DNA of 64,000 nucleotides from Flavobacteriia bacterium (GTDB lineage Bacteria; Bacteroidota; Bacteroidia; Flavobacteriales_D; Crocinitomicaceae): positions 9,218-73,217 of the forward strand of contig JAPLEV010000053.1 in assembly GCA_026391005.1 (NCBI GenBank), written 5' to 3'. The translations under genes and the position numbers were made by a program. Under the pieces are notes generated by a model. The model ran no database searches, was not told the DNA's origin, and saw nothing but the letters and a program-made list of their open reading frames with translations. How positions within the stretch are numbered: the stretch's first letter is position 1; every line of letters begins with the position of its first letter. Below, piece by piece: positions 29,374 through 38,080 of the stretch.

Positions 29374-29722
29374 GACTAGATAATGCTTCTTCTTTCGTTG
29401 TACAAATTTGTAATACTTTGTTCAGTTGTGCTATTTCAACCATTTTCATTACGGTTGGCTGTAATCCATACATTACAAATGCACCATTTGTATCTTTACA
29501 TAGCCGATTTGCAACCAAAATAGCACTTAATCCCGAAGAATCGCAGTATTTCGTTTTCTCTAAATTAAAAACAATCTTGTTATTTCCAGATTTATTAACA
29601 ACCGTAAAGATTGTCTTAAGCTCTGCAGCGTTGGTTGTATCTAGTTTTTCAACATTGGAGACAATCACAACAATTTTACCATGGTACTCACTTGGGAAAT
29701 TCATATTCAGATGTTTTTCCAA
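29366..29722 (-). CDS. STAS-domain protein (anti-sigma-factor antagonist-like)
   Basis: 118 aa. The conserved DSSGL motif (KYCDSSGLSAIL) corresponds to the SpoIIAA/RsbV phospho-serine loop. Confidence 0.75.
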   Translation of the reverse strand: MEKHLNMNFPSEYHGKIVVIVSNVEKLDTTNAAELKTIFTVVNKSGNNKIVFNLEKTKYCDSSGLSAILVANRLCKDTNGAFVMYGLQPTVMKMVEIAQLNKVLQICTTKEEALSSLE

Positions 29723-29734
29723 ATGTAAAAAAAA

Positions 29735-30664
29735 TCAGCGTTCAATCTTAGATGCGAGCAAATAAATTATTGCCATTCGAATAGCAACTCCATTTTCAAC
29801 TTGATTTAATATGATACTTTGGTCAGAATCTGCCACTTCGCTTGTGATCTCAACACCCCTATTTATTGGACCCGGGTGCATAATAACGATACGTTTATCC
29901 AAAGAATCGAGTAAAGGTTTGTTAAGTCCAAATAACATCGAATATTCACGCAAGGATGGGAAAAAATTTATTTCTTGGCGTTCTAATTGAATTCGGAGCA
30001 TATTAGCCACATCGCACCATTGTAGAGCATCTTTAAGATTATGTGAAATCTTTATACCAAGATCAGCAATATATTTAGGAATTAGAGTTGTTGGTCCACA
30101 GACCATTACTTCAGCTCCTAATTTTTGAAGGCAATAAATATTTGAAAGTGCCACTCGCGAATGAAGAATATCGCCCACTATAACAACTTTTTTACCCTCA
30201 ACCTCACCCAAGGCCTCGCGAATAGAGTAAGCGTCTAAAAGAGCTTGTGTTGGATGCTCATGTGTGCCATCGCCTGCATTAATAACTTTTGCAGATATTC
30301 GTTGAGAAAGAAAATGAGCCGCTCCAGGATTTGGATGGCGCATGACTACCATATCAACTTTCATTGATAAAATATTATTAACCGTATCAATTAATGTTTC
30401 ACCTTTTTTTACAGAACTACTTGACGCACTAAAGTTGATAATATCAGCGGACAACCTTTTCTCTGCCAATTCAAATGATAACCTCGTGCGAGTGGAGTTT
30501 TCGAAAAATAAATTAGCAATCGTTATATCGCGAAGAGAAGGCACTTTCTTAATTGGGCGATTAATTACATCCTTAAAGCTATCAGCCATTTTAAAAATTA
30601 ACTGAATATCATCATGGTTTAAATCACGAATACCCGTTAAATGATCGACACTTAAATTATTCAT
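29735..30664 (-). CDS. pyrB: Aspartate carbamoyltransferase catalytic subunit
   Basis: STRTR, HPTQ and HPGP motifs. The ATG at 30664 (MNNLSVDHL) overlaps the pyrR stop codon (ATGAATAA). Confidence 0.92.
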   Translation of the reverse strand: MNNLSVDHLTGIRDLNHDDIQLIFKMADSFKDVINRPIKKVPSLRDITIANLFFENSTRTRLSFELAEKRLSADIINFSASSSSVKKGETLIDTVNNILSMKVDMVVMRHPNPGAAHFLSQRISAKVINAGDGTHEHPTQALLDAYSIREALGEVEGKKVVIVGDILHSRVALSNIYCLQKLGAEVMVCGPTTLIPKYIADLGIKISHNLKDALQWCDVANMLRIQLERQEINFFPSLREYSMLFGLNKPLLDSLDKRIVIMHPGPINRGVEITSEVADSDQSIILNQVENGVAIRMAIIYLLASKIER

Positions 30665-31205
30665 TTCCCGCTTTTGTATAAAGTAATACTTGGTCAATTC
30701 CTTCTATTTCACTCCAATCAACAGAAACACGCTCCATTTTCAATGTGTCTACTGTCTTTCCGTAATAATCTGCTTGAATAGGTAAATCGCGGCTAAATCG
30801 CCGATCAATAAGAACTAAAAGCTCCACCTTACTTGGTCGGCCAAAAGTCAATAGCGCATCTAATCCCGCTCGAATAGTTCTTCCCGTGTACAAAACATCG
30901 TCGACTAAGACGACTTTTTTATTTTCTATACTAAAATCAAGGTTGGTAACGCTGGGCAGTAATTGTTTTTCTGTTCTTCTAAAATCATCTCGAAAAAAAG
31001 TAATATCTAAATTTCCACATTGAATAGAATGACCTAAGATAGATTCTAATTCCAATTTAAGTCTACCAACAACTTGTATTCCTCGCGGCTGTAAACCAAT
31101 GATTACCGAGTTTTTGAAATCGTCATGGGACTCTATTAATTCATGACAAAGGCGTTTGATGGTTAACTCGATTTGTTTTGCATTTAGAATGACCTGCTTT
31201 TCCAT
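30657..31205 (-). CDS. pyrR: Bifunctional pyrimidine operon regulator / uracil phosphoribosyltransferase PyrR
   Basis: 182 aa. PRPP-binding motif VVLVDDVLYTGRT. Confidence 0.88.
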   Translation of the reverse strand: MEKQVILNAKQIELTIKRLCHELIESHDDFKNSVIIGLQPRGIQVVGRLKLELESILGHSIQCGNLDITFFRDDFRRTEKQLLPSVTNLDFSIENKKVVLVDDVLYTGRTIRAGLDALLTFGRPSKVELLVLIDRRFSRDLPIQADYYGKTVDTLKMERVSVDWSEIEGIDQVLLYTKAGNE

Positions 31206-31305
31206 CTATGCAAAGATAAGGTTAAAAACAAGAATCTCAAAAATTACTTTTATAATCCGATTTTATATCTTATTCTTCCGCTTATGTTAGTGTGTAATGA
31301 CTAAA

Positions 31306-31785
31306 TTAGTCTTTTGACAACAAACAAGCTGCATAGGCCTTTATTGCTCTTCTCTCTCCAAAAGAGTCCACACTTTCATGGGTGGTTGCCTTTATAGAAA
31401 TTGCATCTATATCTACCTTTAACAACTTTGCAATAATTGCTTGCATTTCTGGCACATGGGGATTTAACTTGGGGGATTCAAGTACGATTGTAGAATCGAT
31501 ATTAATGACTTTATAATCATTTCCTGAGATTAAATCGACAACATTTTTAAGTAATATTTTCGAATCTATCCCTTTGAATTTTGGATCCTTATCAGAAAAA
31601 TGATATCCAATGTCCCGCATATTAGCTGCGCCCAATAAAGCGTCACAAATAGCGTGGAGTAGCACATCCGCGTCGGAATGGCCAAGAGCACCTACGTCTG
31701 AAGGTATATTAATACCACCAATAATTAAAGGAATCCCTGCTTTAAGCTGATGAACGTCAATACCGTATCCAATTCGTAATTTCAT
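31306..31785 (-). CDS. ispF: 2-C-methyl-D-erythritol 2,4-cyclodiphosphate synthase
   Basis: RIGYGIDVHQL, HSDADVLLHA. Length is 159 aa. Confidence 0.93.
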   Translation of the reverse strand: MKLRIGYGIDVHQLKAGIPLIIGGINIPSDVGALGHSDADVLLHAICDALLGAANMRDIGYHFSDKDPKFKGIDSKILLKNVVDLISGNDYKVINIDSTIVLESPKLNPHVPEMQAIIAKLLKVDIDAISIKATTHESVDSFGERRAIKAYAACLLSKD

Positions 31786-31794
31786 TGAAAGAAA

Positions 31795-33060
31795 TTAATT
31801 GGCATCTTTAACTACAGGTTTATCACCTAAATAAAGGCGAAGTGTAAAACGCAAGGTGTTGGCTAAAGGACTTTGACGCCCGTTCAACGATGCTAAATAT
31901 GAAAAATCAATCCCGAACATATTGTATTTTAAACTTGCTCCGATATTCATAAATTGTCTATTTCCTTTATTCTTACTTTCATAAAAAACACCACCACGAA
32001 CGGCAAAAGTATTATTGTACCACCATTCCACTCCTCCAGCTAAATTAATTTCAGCCATTTCCTCTTTAAACTTTGTGCCCTTTACAACCTCGTATGTGCC
32101 GTCAGGGTTTTTTATGTAATTGCCAGAAGCATCCGTTGCGACAACTCCTGGAGCGTCATAAAACGATTGCAAGATACCGTTTATAATACCTACATCACTT
32201 GTTTTACCGGACATTAAATCGCCTAAATCATCTCCTAAATTATCATTATAACTAGCGGGAGTAGGAACTAATAATTTTTGAATATCAATTGAAAAAACCA
32301 CTTGATTGTAAGCGTCAAAATTGGCCAAGAAAGAATTTCCAATTTTTAAATTCATTGGAATAAAATCGCGTTGAGACAATTCGGAATAAGCTACTTTATT
32401 TCCAATATTATTAATTGTAGTTGCAAAAGTGTAGACACCTTTCGTTTTGCCAAATTTAACCTTGTCATTATAATATGTAAAAGATAAATCAGCCGCACCT
32501 ACAACTCCAGGTTTAGTATTAACTCCACCTACGGTTAGACCACCTGTAAGATTTGAATAAGCGAATTTCCCATTTATTCCAATACTCAGCTTATCAGCCA
32601 ATTTAAATGCGTAAGCCCCAGTAAGTTCGAACTCGCTTGGTTTGTCATCACGAATAACATTACCTGAAGCGTCCGTAAAAGTTATCTCACCAAGACTAAA
32701 ATAGCGTAATGCTCCACCAATTGCGTGTTGTTTGTTTATTTTATAATAGCCTGATAAATAGGACAAATGAATATCATTTGTAAGTTGTCTTAACCAAGGC
32801 GTATATGACAAACTTATTTCAGACTTTTTTTCAGAAAAACTTAAGATAGAGGTGTTCCAATAAACGGAGCTTGAACTTGCATTTAAAGCTGTTCCCGCAT
32901 CACCCATACCACCTGCTCTCGAATCGGGCGTAATTGCCATGAAAGGAAGGGCAGTCGTTATAGTATTTAATTGTAAATCGTTTTGATCGACACCGCCATT
33001 AGGTTGAGCAAAACTACTAAAACATATTGTTAAAAATGCAATTGAGTATATGTATTTCAT
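31795..33060 (-). CDS. porV: T9SS outer-membrane shuttle/channel protein PorV (LptO)
   Basis: Signal peptide, the conserved N-terminal block ITTALPFMAITPDSRAGGMGDAGTA, beta-barrel-like composition, and a position directly downstream of porU. Confidence 0.85.
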   Translation of the reverse strand: MKYIYSIAFLTICFSSFAQPNGGVDQNDLQLNTITTALPFMAITPDSRAGGMGDAGTALNASSSSVYWNTSILSFSEKKSEISLSYTPWLRQLTNDIHLSYLSGYYKINKQHAIGGALRYFSLGEITFTDASGNVIRDDKPSEFELTGAYAFKLADKLSIGINGKFAYSNLTGGLTVGGVNTKPGVVGAADLSFTYYNDKVKFGKTKGVYTFATTINNIGNKVAYSELSQRDFIPMNLKIGNSFLANFDAYNQVVFSIDIQKLLVPTPASYNDNLGDDLGDLMSGKTSDVGIINGILQSFYDAPGVVATDASGNYIKNPDGTYEVVKGTKFKEEMAEINLAGGVEWWYNNTFAVRGGVFYESKNKGNRQFMNIGASLKYNMFGIDFSYLASLNGRQSPLANTLRFTLRLYLGDKPVVKDAN

Positions 33061-33120
33061 CTAAATCTTTAAAAAAATTGGGTAAATATACGTTCAAAGA
33101 TACATTTTATTGTGCAAAAA

Positions 33121-36100
33121 TTAAAAGATTACTAATTTTTCAGTTTTTTGAGCCGTTTCACCCGAGTCTGTTTTTATGGCAACACTGTAAACATAGACAC
33201 CTCTCGCTAATTTATCTCCAAAATCATCTTTTCCATCCCAAGAAATACCATCCATTCTAAATCCAAGTGTTGGAATTTTTTCTAAAATAGTTTTAACCAA
33301 TCTTCCACTAACGGTATAGACTTGAATCTGAACATCCATATTATCGCAAGATTGGTTATGCTCAAATATGAATTTTGTACTACTTGTAAATGGATTTGGA
33401 TAATTATATAGATGACTTAACTCAGCGGTTTCACTTGGGCGAACTAAAAAATTTACTTTAGTCAAAGAAGAGTTGTTATTAACATCCCAAACTTTAAGTG
33501 AAACAGAATGCGCGCCTTCAGCTAATTCGGGTAATTTATAACGAATTGTACCCGACTGATAAGTATCTAAATCTGAAGAGTAATAATCATTTAAGTTAAT
33601 CGATTCAGCAGAATTGTCATCAATAATCGCTGTTAAATCATGCCCAATACCATTACCAACGGTGTTTATACCATTTTCATCGAAAATTTTAGCAAAAAGT
33701 ACAGGAGATGCATCTGTTATTCCACCATCAATAAATTTATCATCATTCAGAAATAATTCAACTGTTGGTCCAGTAGCATCTGCTACACCAAGTGGATCGA
33801 TTCCACCTATAATAAATGAGGTATCAACCCCAGAGGCATCTGTTGTTTCGTTGAAAGCATACAAACTAATTTTACCAAAACCATAGCTTAGTGTAATATC
33901 CTTGGGCACAATAAAAGTAAAAGAAAATGATCCGTTGGACACAGTAGATTTTCCTTTATATACAACGTTTCGTTGTAATTCATAGTTGATTACAGGGGAA
34001 CTATCATCCTGGCCGAGCGTATTTAGCATCTTACTTTTATCAAAAATTGAAGGGGTAACATACCCATTAAAATTAGTTTGTGGATTCCCAAAAAAATCTT
34101 CTACATGCCCTTTAATCGTCACCTTTCCCAATGCCTTAATTGTATCAATTACAATACTAGGTTGACTATTCAATGAATCTATTACCACCCTTAAGCGAGG
34201 TAATGCGATTTTTAGAGCTGGATCGCCTATTAATGTGAAACTTCTTTTATTATCGTTACTTCCAGATTGATTCTTTGTAAGACGAGCAATTTCACCAAAT
34301 GTTTTAGGTTGCATATTTAGATCGCGCTGAAAAACGTTATTAAAAAATGCAATACCTGTTGCTGTATTTACGCCAAAATAAACGGAACGAGTGGTAGTCA
34401 TAAGAGCAATAGCTCCGCCAGTAGGATTTAAAGAAAGCCACTCGCCGGCAGAGACTCTTTTGGGGTCATCAAACTTTGTAAATTCACAAGTAGCAGAAAC
34501 AAACAAATGCATTGCATTTATATTGGTCCAAGATTGAATTTGAGGAATGGTCACTATTCGTTCTTCGGCCAAACCAACTTCACCGCCGTGACCAACATAA
34601 TTCACTACTAATGCGCCGCGCTGAACACGATCAGAAATTGCGGAATAAACCTCCGGAGAGCGCTGGCCGCCAGCAGAGGTCTGTTGCGGATAAGCATCAA
34701 GATACAGTTTGTCGCAATTCATTTCTCGATGGTTTGATTTAACGATATCGTATTGAGGTTCGGTATCATTATTTACAAAATATCCTCCCTCTTCATCATC
34801 CGCAATTTGTATAAATTTCATTCTCCAATCACCAAAGCTTCCATTAGTCGACGAATCCAGGCAGCAATTATTTGCACTAGCATTTAAAAATAAATCAGAA
34901 CCATTTTTCATGTAATGTTCAATTTTATCAACCTGTTGTTTTGCTTGGGTAAGATCACTTACTAATAGCCGCCCAATGCCTACATCTAGCAAATCCGTTT
35001 GTGTGATTGCCTCATTATCTCCTAATATCCCAAAAAAGTCATCGGTTACTAAAGCAGATATGTGATTTTCACTATTATCAACCTGATAGGTTAATATATA
35101 ATTATTGTTATTAGATACCCGATCTTTAGGATCATAAGTTCCATCACCAAAAAGCAAAAGATACTTTGGGGCTAGACTTCCTGAAATTAATTGTGACCGA
35201 TCATAAAACATTTTGACAAACATGCGAATTCCGGCAGCATCTTTTGCGCCGGAACTAAATTCATTATAAACCTGTTCATCGGTGACCACATGAACAATCA
35301 AACCTTCATCCCTATGTAGATTTGCTAGTCTATTCGCTTGTTCATAAAACAATGAATTAGTTATAATTAAATAATCTGCTTGCGCTAATCCATGAAGATT
35401 CTGATAATTAATCGTTCCAATTTTATCAGGCACATAAAACGAAGTTCCATTTGACGCTATAAACTCGCTAAACTTCATATTTTGTTTAAATGTATAAGTA
35501 CTGACTCCCTCAATACTTCCTGAAACTAACTTAGGAATCTGTCGATTGGAAACATCCCAAATAAATCCTTGAGTAGGAAAATTAGAAATTTGATATTCTC
35601 CTAATAAAAGAGAATCTGAATTCACTAAATTTCTAAAGCCAAACTGCGTACCATAAAAAACCAAATTTCGTTTGGCATTTAAAATAATTCGATCTAGATA
35701 AGTAAGCGTATTTGGGCTATTTCTTGTGATATTTATTTTAAATTCTAAAAGTGAACTTGGATTGGAAAACACCATGGATTTAGAAGACCTAGCAAAATCA
35801 TATGGAGCAGAAGGAAGGGCCTCGTTTAATAATTGTGAACCATTACAGAAATATTGCTGTGCAGTACCGATTGAACTCAATGAATTAGTAGCAATAGCTG
35901 TTTTAAATCTTGCAGGGGAAGTAGTAACAATATTGGGAATGGAGAAGTTAAAAGTGCGTTCTAAATCAATATCAAACAATTCTCCATACCAGCGTTGTCC
36001 ACCACCAACCAACGAAATTAAATCATTTTCATAAACATCTCGAAAATCATAATCAGTTACGACCACATCTGGATTACTCGTAATTAAAGGTGCATTTTGT

Positions 36101-36957
36101 ATTCTAAGAGGCGAGACATTTGGATTTACGTTGATAAAGTAATAGGATAAATCCGAATAAACATTTCGTTTCTGATCGAACTCAACAGTGCCATTAGGGA
36201 ACCATCTATGTGGCCCAGCACCATAAAAAAGAACATAATCTTGATCATTAAAAACGCCATCAGCTTCGCCGCTAATTTTAATCGCCAATTGAGCTAGGTC
36301 ATCCGTTCTTGGGATTGAGTTTAATTCCGGCAACATTCCATCACCATTACCATAAATGTGTAAATGAGCCGGATTTAAATTTGGCACATCAATTCCAACA
36401 CCACTTAGAAATTCTTTGTCTAACTTATATAAACCATCTCGTGAAACAGCAATTTTGTACCAAAATCCAGAACCCTCTTGAAGAACAGAATTTGGAACAA
36501 AGTCTTTTAAGAAAGATTGAGAAGTTTCTTTTGGCGCAATCTTCACATCAAATCGTTGCACACGATGAATAATATTATTAACCTTAATGTAAGGAATACT
36601 AAAAATGACCAAAAACGCGTCTTTTCCGGCTTTGGTGACCTTTAAATCTAATTGAATGTCCTCGGTAACTACTACAGAAAATCGATTAATAAACGAAACC
36701 TCAGCTGAAGTTGCAGGGGCCGTTGTGTAAGTAATTAATTCAGCGGTAAAGCGATCATTTTTGAGGGATATGGTATGGTAGAAAACAGGGTTTACATTAT
36801 CCAGTGACTGCCCCTTAATGGATGGGATATAAAGAGATTCTTCATTAAATTTTGTGGATACAGGTTCTTCCCATGGAACCTCAATTGTAAAAGTTTGAGC
36901 TTTTACTTTTGGACAAATTAAAAAAATAAAGAAAAAATAAAATAAGACTAGCTTCAT
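33121..36957 (-). CDS. porU: T9SS C-terminal signal peptidase/sortase PorU (peptidase C25-like)
   Basis: 1278 aa. Gingipain-like core (YLLLFGDGTYD, NYVGHGG) with a C-terminal beta-sandwich tail. The conserved porU-porV pairing lies next to gldJ. Confidence 0.85.
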   Translation of the reverse strand: MKLVLFYFFFIFLICPKVKAQTFTIEVPWEEPVSTKFNEESLYIPSIKGQSLDNVNPVFYHTISLKNDRFTAELITYTTAPATSAEVSFINRFSVVVTEDIQLDLKVTKAGKDAFLVIFSIPYIKVNNIIHRVQRFDVKIAPKETSQSFLKDFVPNSVLQEGSGFWYKIAVSRDGLYKLDKEFLSGVGIDVPNLNPAHLHIYGNGDGMLPELNSIPRTDDLAQLAIKISGEADGVFNDQDYVLFYGAGPHRWFPNGTVEFDQKRNVYSDLSYYFINVNPNVSPLRIQNAPLITSNPDVVVTDYDFRDVYENDLISLVGGGQRWYGELFDIDLERTFNFSIPNIVTTSPARFKTAIATNSLSSIGTAQQYFCNGSQLLNEALPSAPYDFARSSKSMVFSNPSSLLEFKINITRNSPNTLTYLDRIILNAKRNLVFYGTQFGFRNLVNSDSLLLGEYQISNFPTQGFIWDVSNRQIPKLVSGSIEGVSTYTFKQNMKFSEFIASNGTSFYVPDKIGTINYQNLHGLAQADYLIITNSLFYEQANRLANLHRDEGLIVHVVTDEQVYNEFSSGAKDAAGIRMFVKMFYDRSQLISGSLAPKYLLLFGDGTYDPKDRVSNNNNYILTYQVDNSENHISALVTDDFFGILGDNEAITQTDLLDVGIGRLLVSDLTQAKQQVDKIEHYMKNGSDLFLNASANNCCLDSSTNGSFGDWRMKFIQIADDEEGGYFVNNDTEPQYDIVKSNHREMNCDKLYLDAYPQQTSAGGQRSPEVYSAISDRVQRGALVVNYVGHGGEVGLAEERIVTIPQIQSWTNINAMHLFVSATCEFTKFDDPKRVSAGEWLSLNPTGGAIALMTTTRSVYFGVNTATGIAFFNNVFQRDLNMQPKTFGEIARLTKNQSGSNDNKRSFTLIGDPALKIALPRLRVVIDSLNSQPSIVIDTIKALGKVTIKGHVEDFFGNPQTNFNGYVTPSIFDKSKMLNTLGQDDSSPVINYELQRNVVYKGKSTVSNGSFSFTFIVPKDITLSYGFGKISLYAFNETTDASGVDTSFIIGGIDPLGVADATGPTVELFLNDDKFIDGGITDASPVLFAKIFDENGINTVGNGIGHDLTAIIDDNSAESINLNDYYSSDLDTYQSGTIRYKLPELAEGAHSVSLKVWDVNNNSSLTKVNFLVRPSETAELSHLYNYPNPFTSSTKFIFEHNQSCDNMDVQIQVYTVSGRLVKTILEKIPTLGFRMDGISWDGKDDFGDKLARGVYVYSVAIKTDSGETAQKTEKLVIF

Positions 36958-37059
36958 AGAAAAACAAAAATAATAAGTATTCGGTTTGAAAAACGCACTG
37001 GTATTTTATTTATTTGATTTTATTTACGATATTTGTAACCATCATTAATTAAGAACGTA

Positions 37060-38067
37060 TTGGACAGCGTGGTAATAGAAAACAAAACCTTTAAAACATT
37101 CCTAAAACACAAGCTACTAGTAGTAGTTTTAGTTTCACTTATTGCCCAAAACATAGTTTTGGCCCAAGATCCCACTTTCACACAATTTTACTCTAACCCA
37201 CTTTATTTAAATCCAGCGTTAGCAGGATCAACTGGCTGCCCAAGAATTAATATGAATTACCGAAACGAGTGGCCGCAATTAACGGGAAACTATGTTACTT
37301 ATTCAGCTTCATTTGATACCTACTCTAAAGATATCAATGGAGGCATAGGTTTAATGGCCACTTATGATCAGCAAGCGGAAGGAACAATTTCAACAACTAT
37401 GTTAGGGGCTATTTATTCTTACAATTTAAAAGTAAATAGAAAAACATCCTTTATGTTTGGTGCTAGAGCTGCTTATTATCAGAAATTCTTAGATTGGAAT
37501 AAATTAACTTTTGGTGATATGATTGACCCTAGGCGCGGATTCATTTACCAAACCAATGATATTCCTAGAGGAGGGAAACGTGGCTTTTTTGATGTTTCGG
37601 GTGGAGCAGTTCTTTTCACCAAACAATTTTATGTTGGTGTAGCAGGCCATCACGCCAATCAACCCGATGAATCAATGATTTTAGGTGAATCAAAACTTCC
37701 TGTTCGAATAACCGCTCACATGGGGGGTACTATTCCCATAGGCAGGCGAGGACGATATTCTGACGGAACAAGCATAAAGCCCGCAGTTATCTATCAATTA
37801 CAAAACGGATTTCAAGAATTGAACATTGGAGCTTACCTAAATTATAGTTCTCTTAATATTGGGGTTTGGTATCGTAATAAAGATGCATTTGTTTTTATTG
37901 TAGGTGCCAAAACAGAAAAGTTTAATATCGGATATAGTTATGATTTAACAGTATCTAAGCTAGGCAATGGTTTAACAGGTGGTTCGCACGAAATATCAAT
38001 GCAAATTAACCTTAAGTGTAAGAAAAAAGCTAAGAATTTCAGGAAAATTTCCTGTCCTTCGTTTTAA
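37060..38067 (+). CDS. PorP/SprF-family T9SS membrane protein
   Basis: QDPTFTQFYSNPLYLNPALAG signature with beta-barrel composition. The start is TTG at 37060 or GTG at 37069; there is no upstream ATG. Confidence 0.8.
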   Translation: MDSVVIENKTFKTFLKHKLLVVVLVSLIAQNIVLAQDPTFTQFYSNPLYLNPALAGSTGCPRINMNYRNEWPQLTGNYVTYSASFDTYSKDINGGIGLMATYDQQAEGTISTTMLGAIYSYNLKVNRKTSFMFGARAAYYQKFLDWNKLTFGDMIDPRRGFIYQTNDIPRGGKRGFFDVSGGAVLFTKQFYVGVAGHHANQPDESMILGESKLPVRITAHMGGTIPIGRRGRYSDGTSIKPAVIYQLQNGFQELNIGAYLNYSSLNIGVWYRNKDAFVFIVGAKTEKFNIGYSYDLTVSKLGNGLTGGSHEISMQINLKCKKKAKNFRKISCPSF

Positions 38068-38080
38068 ATAATGTAACGAA

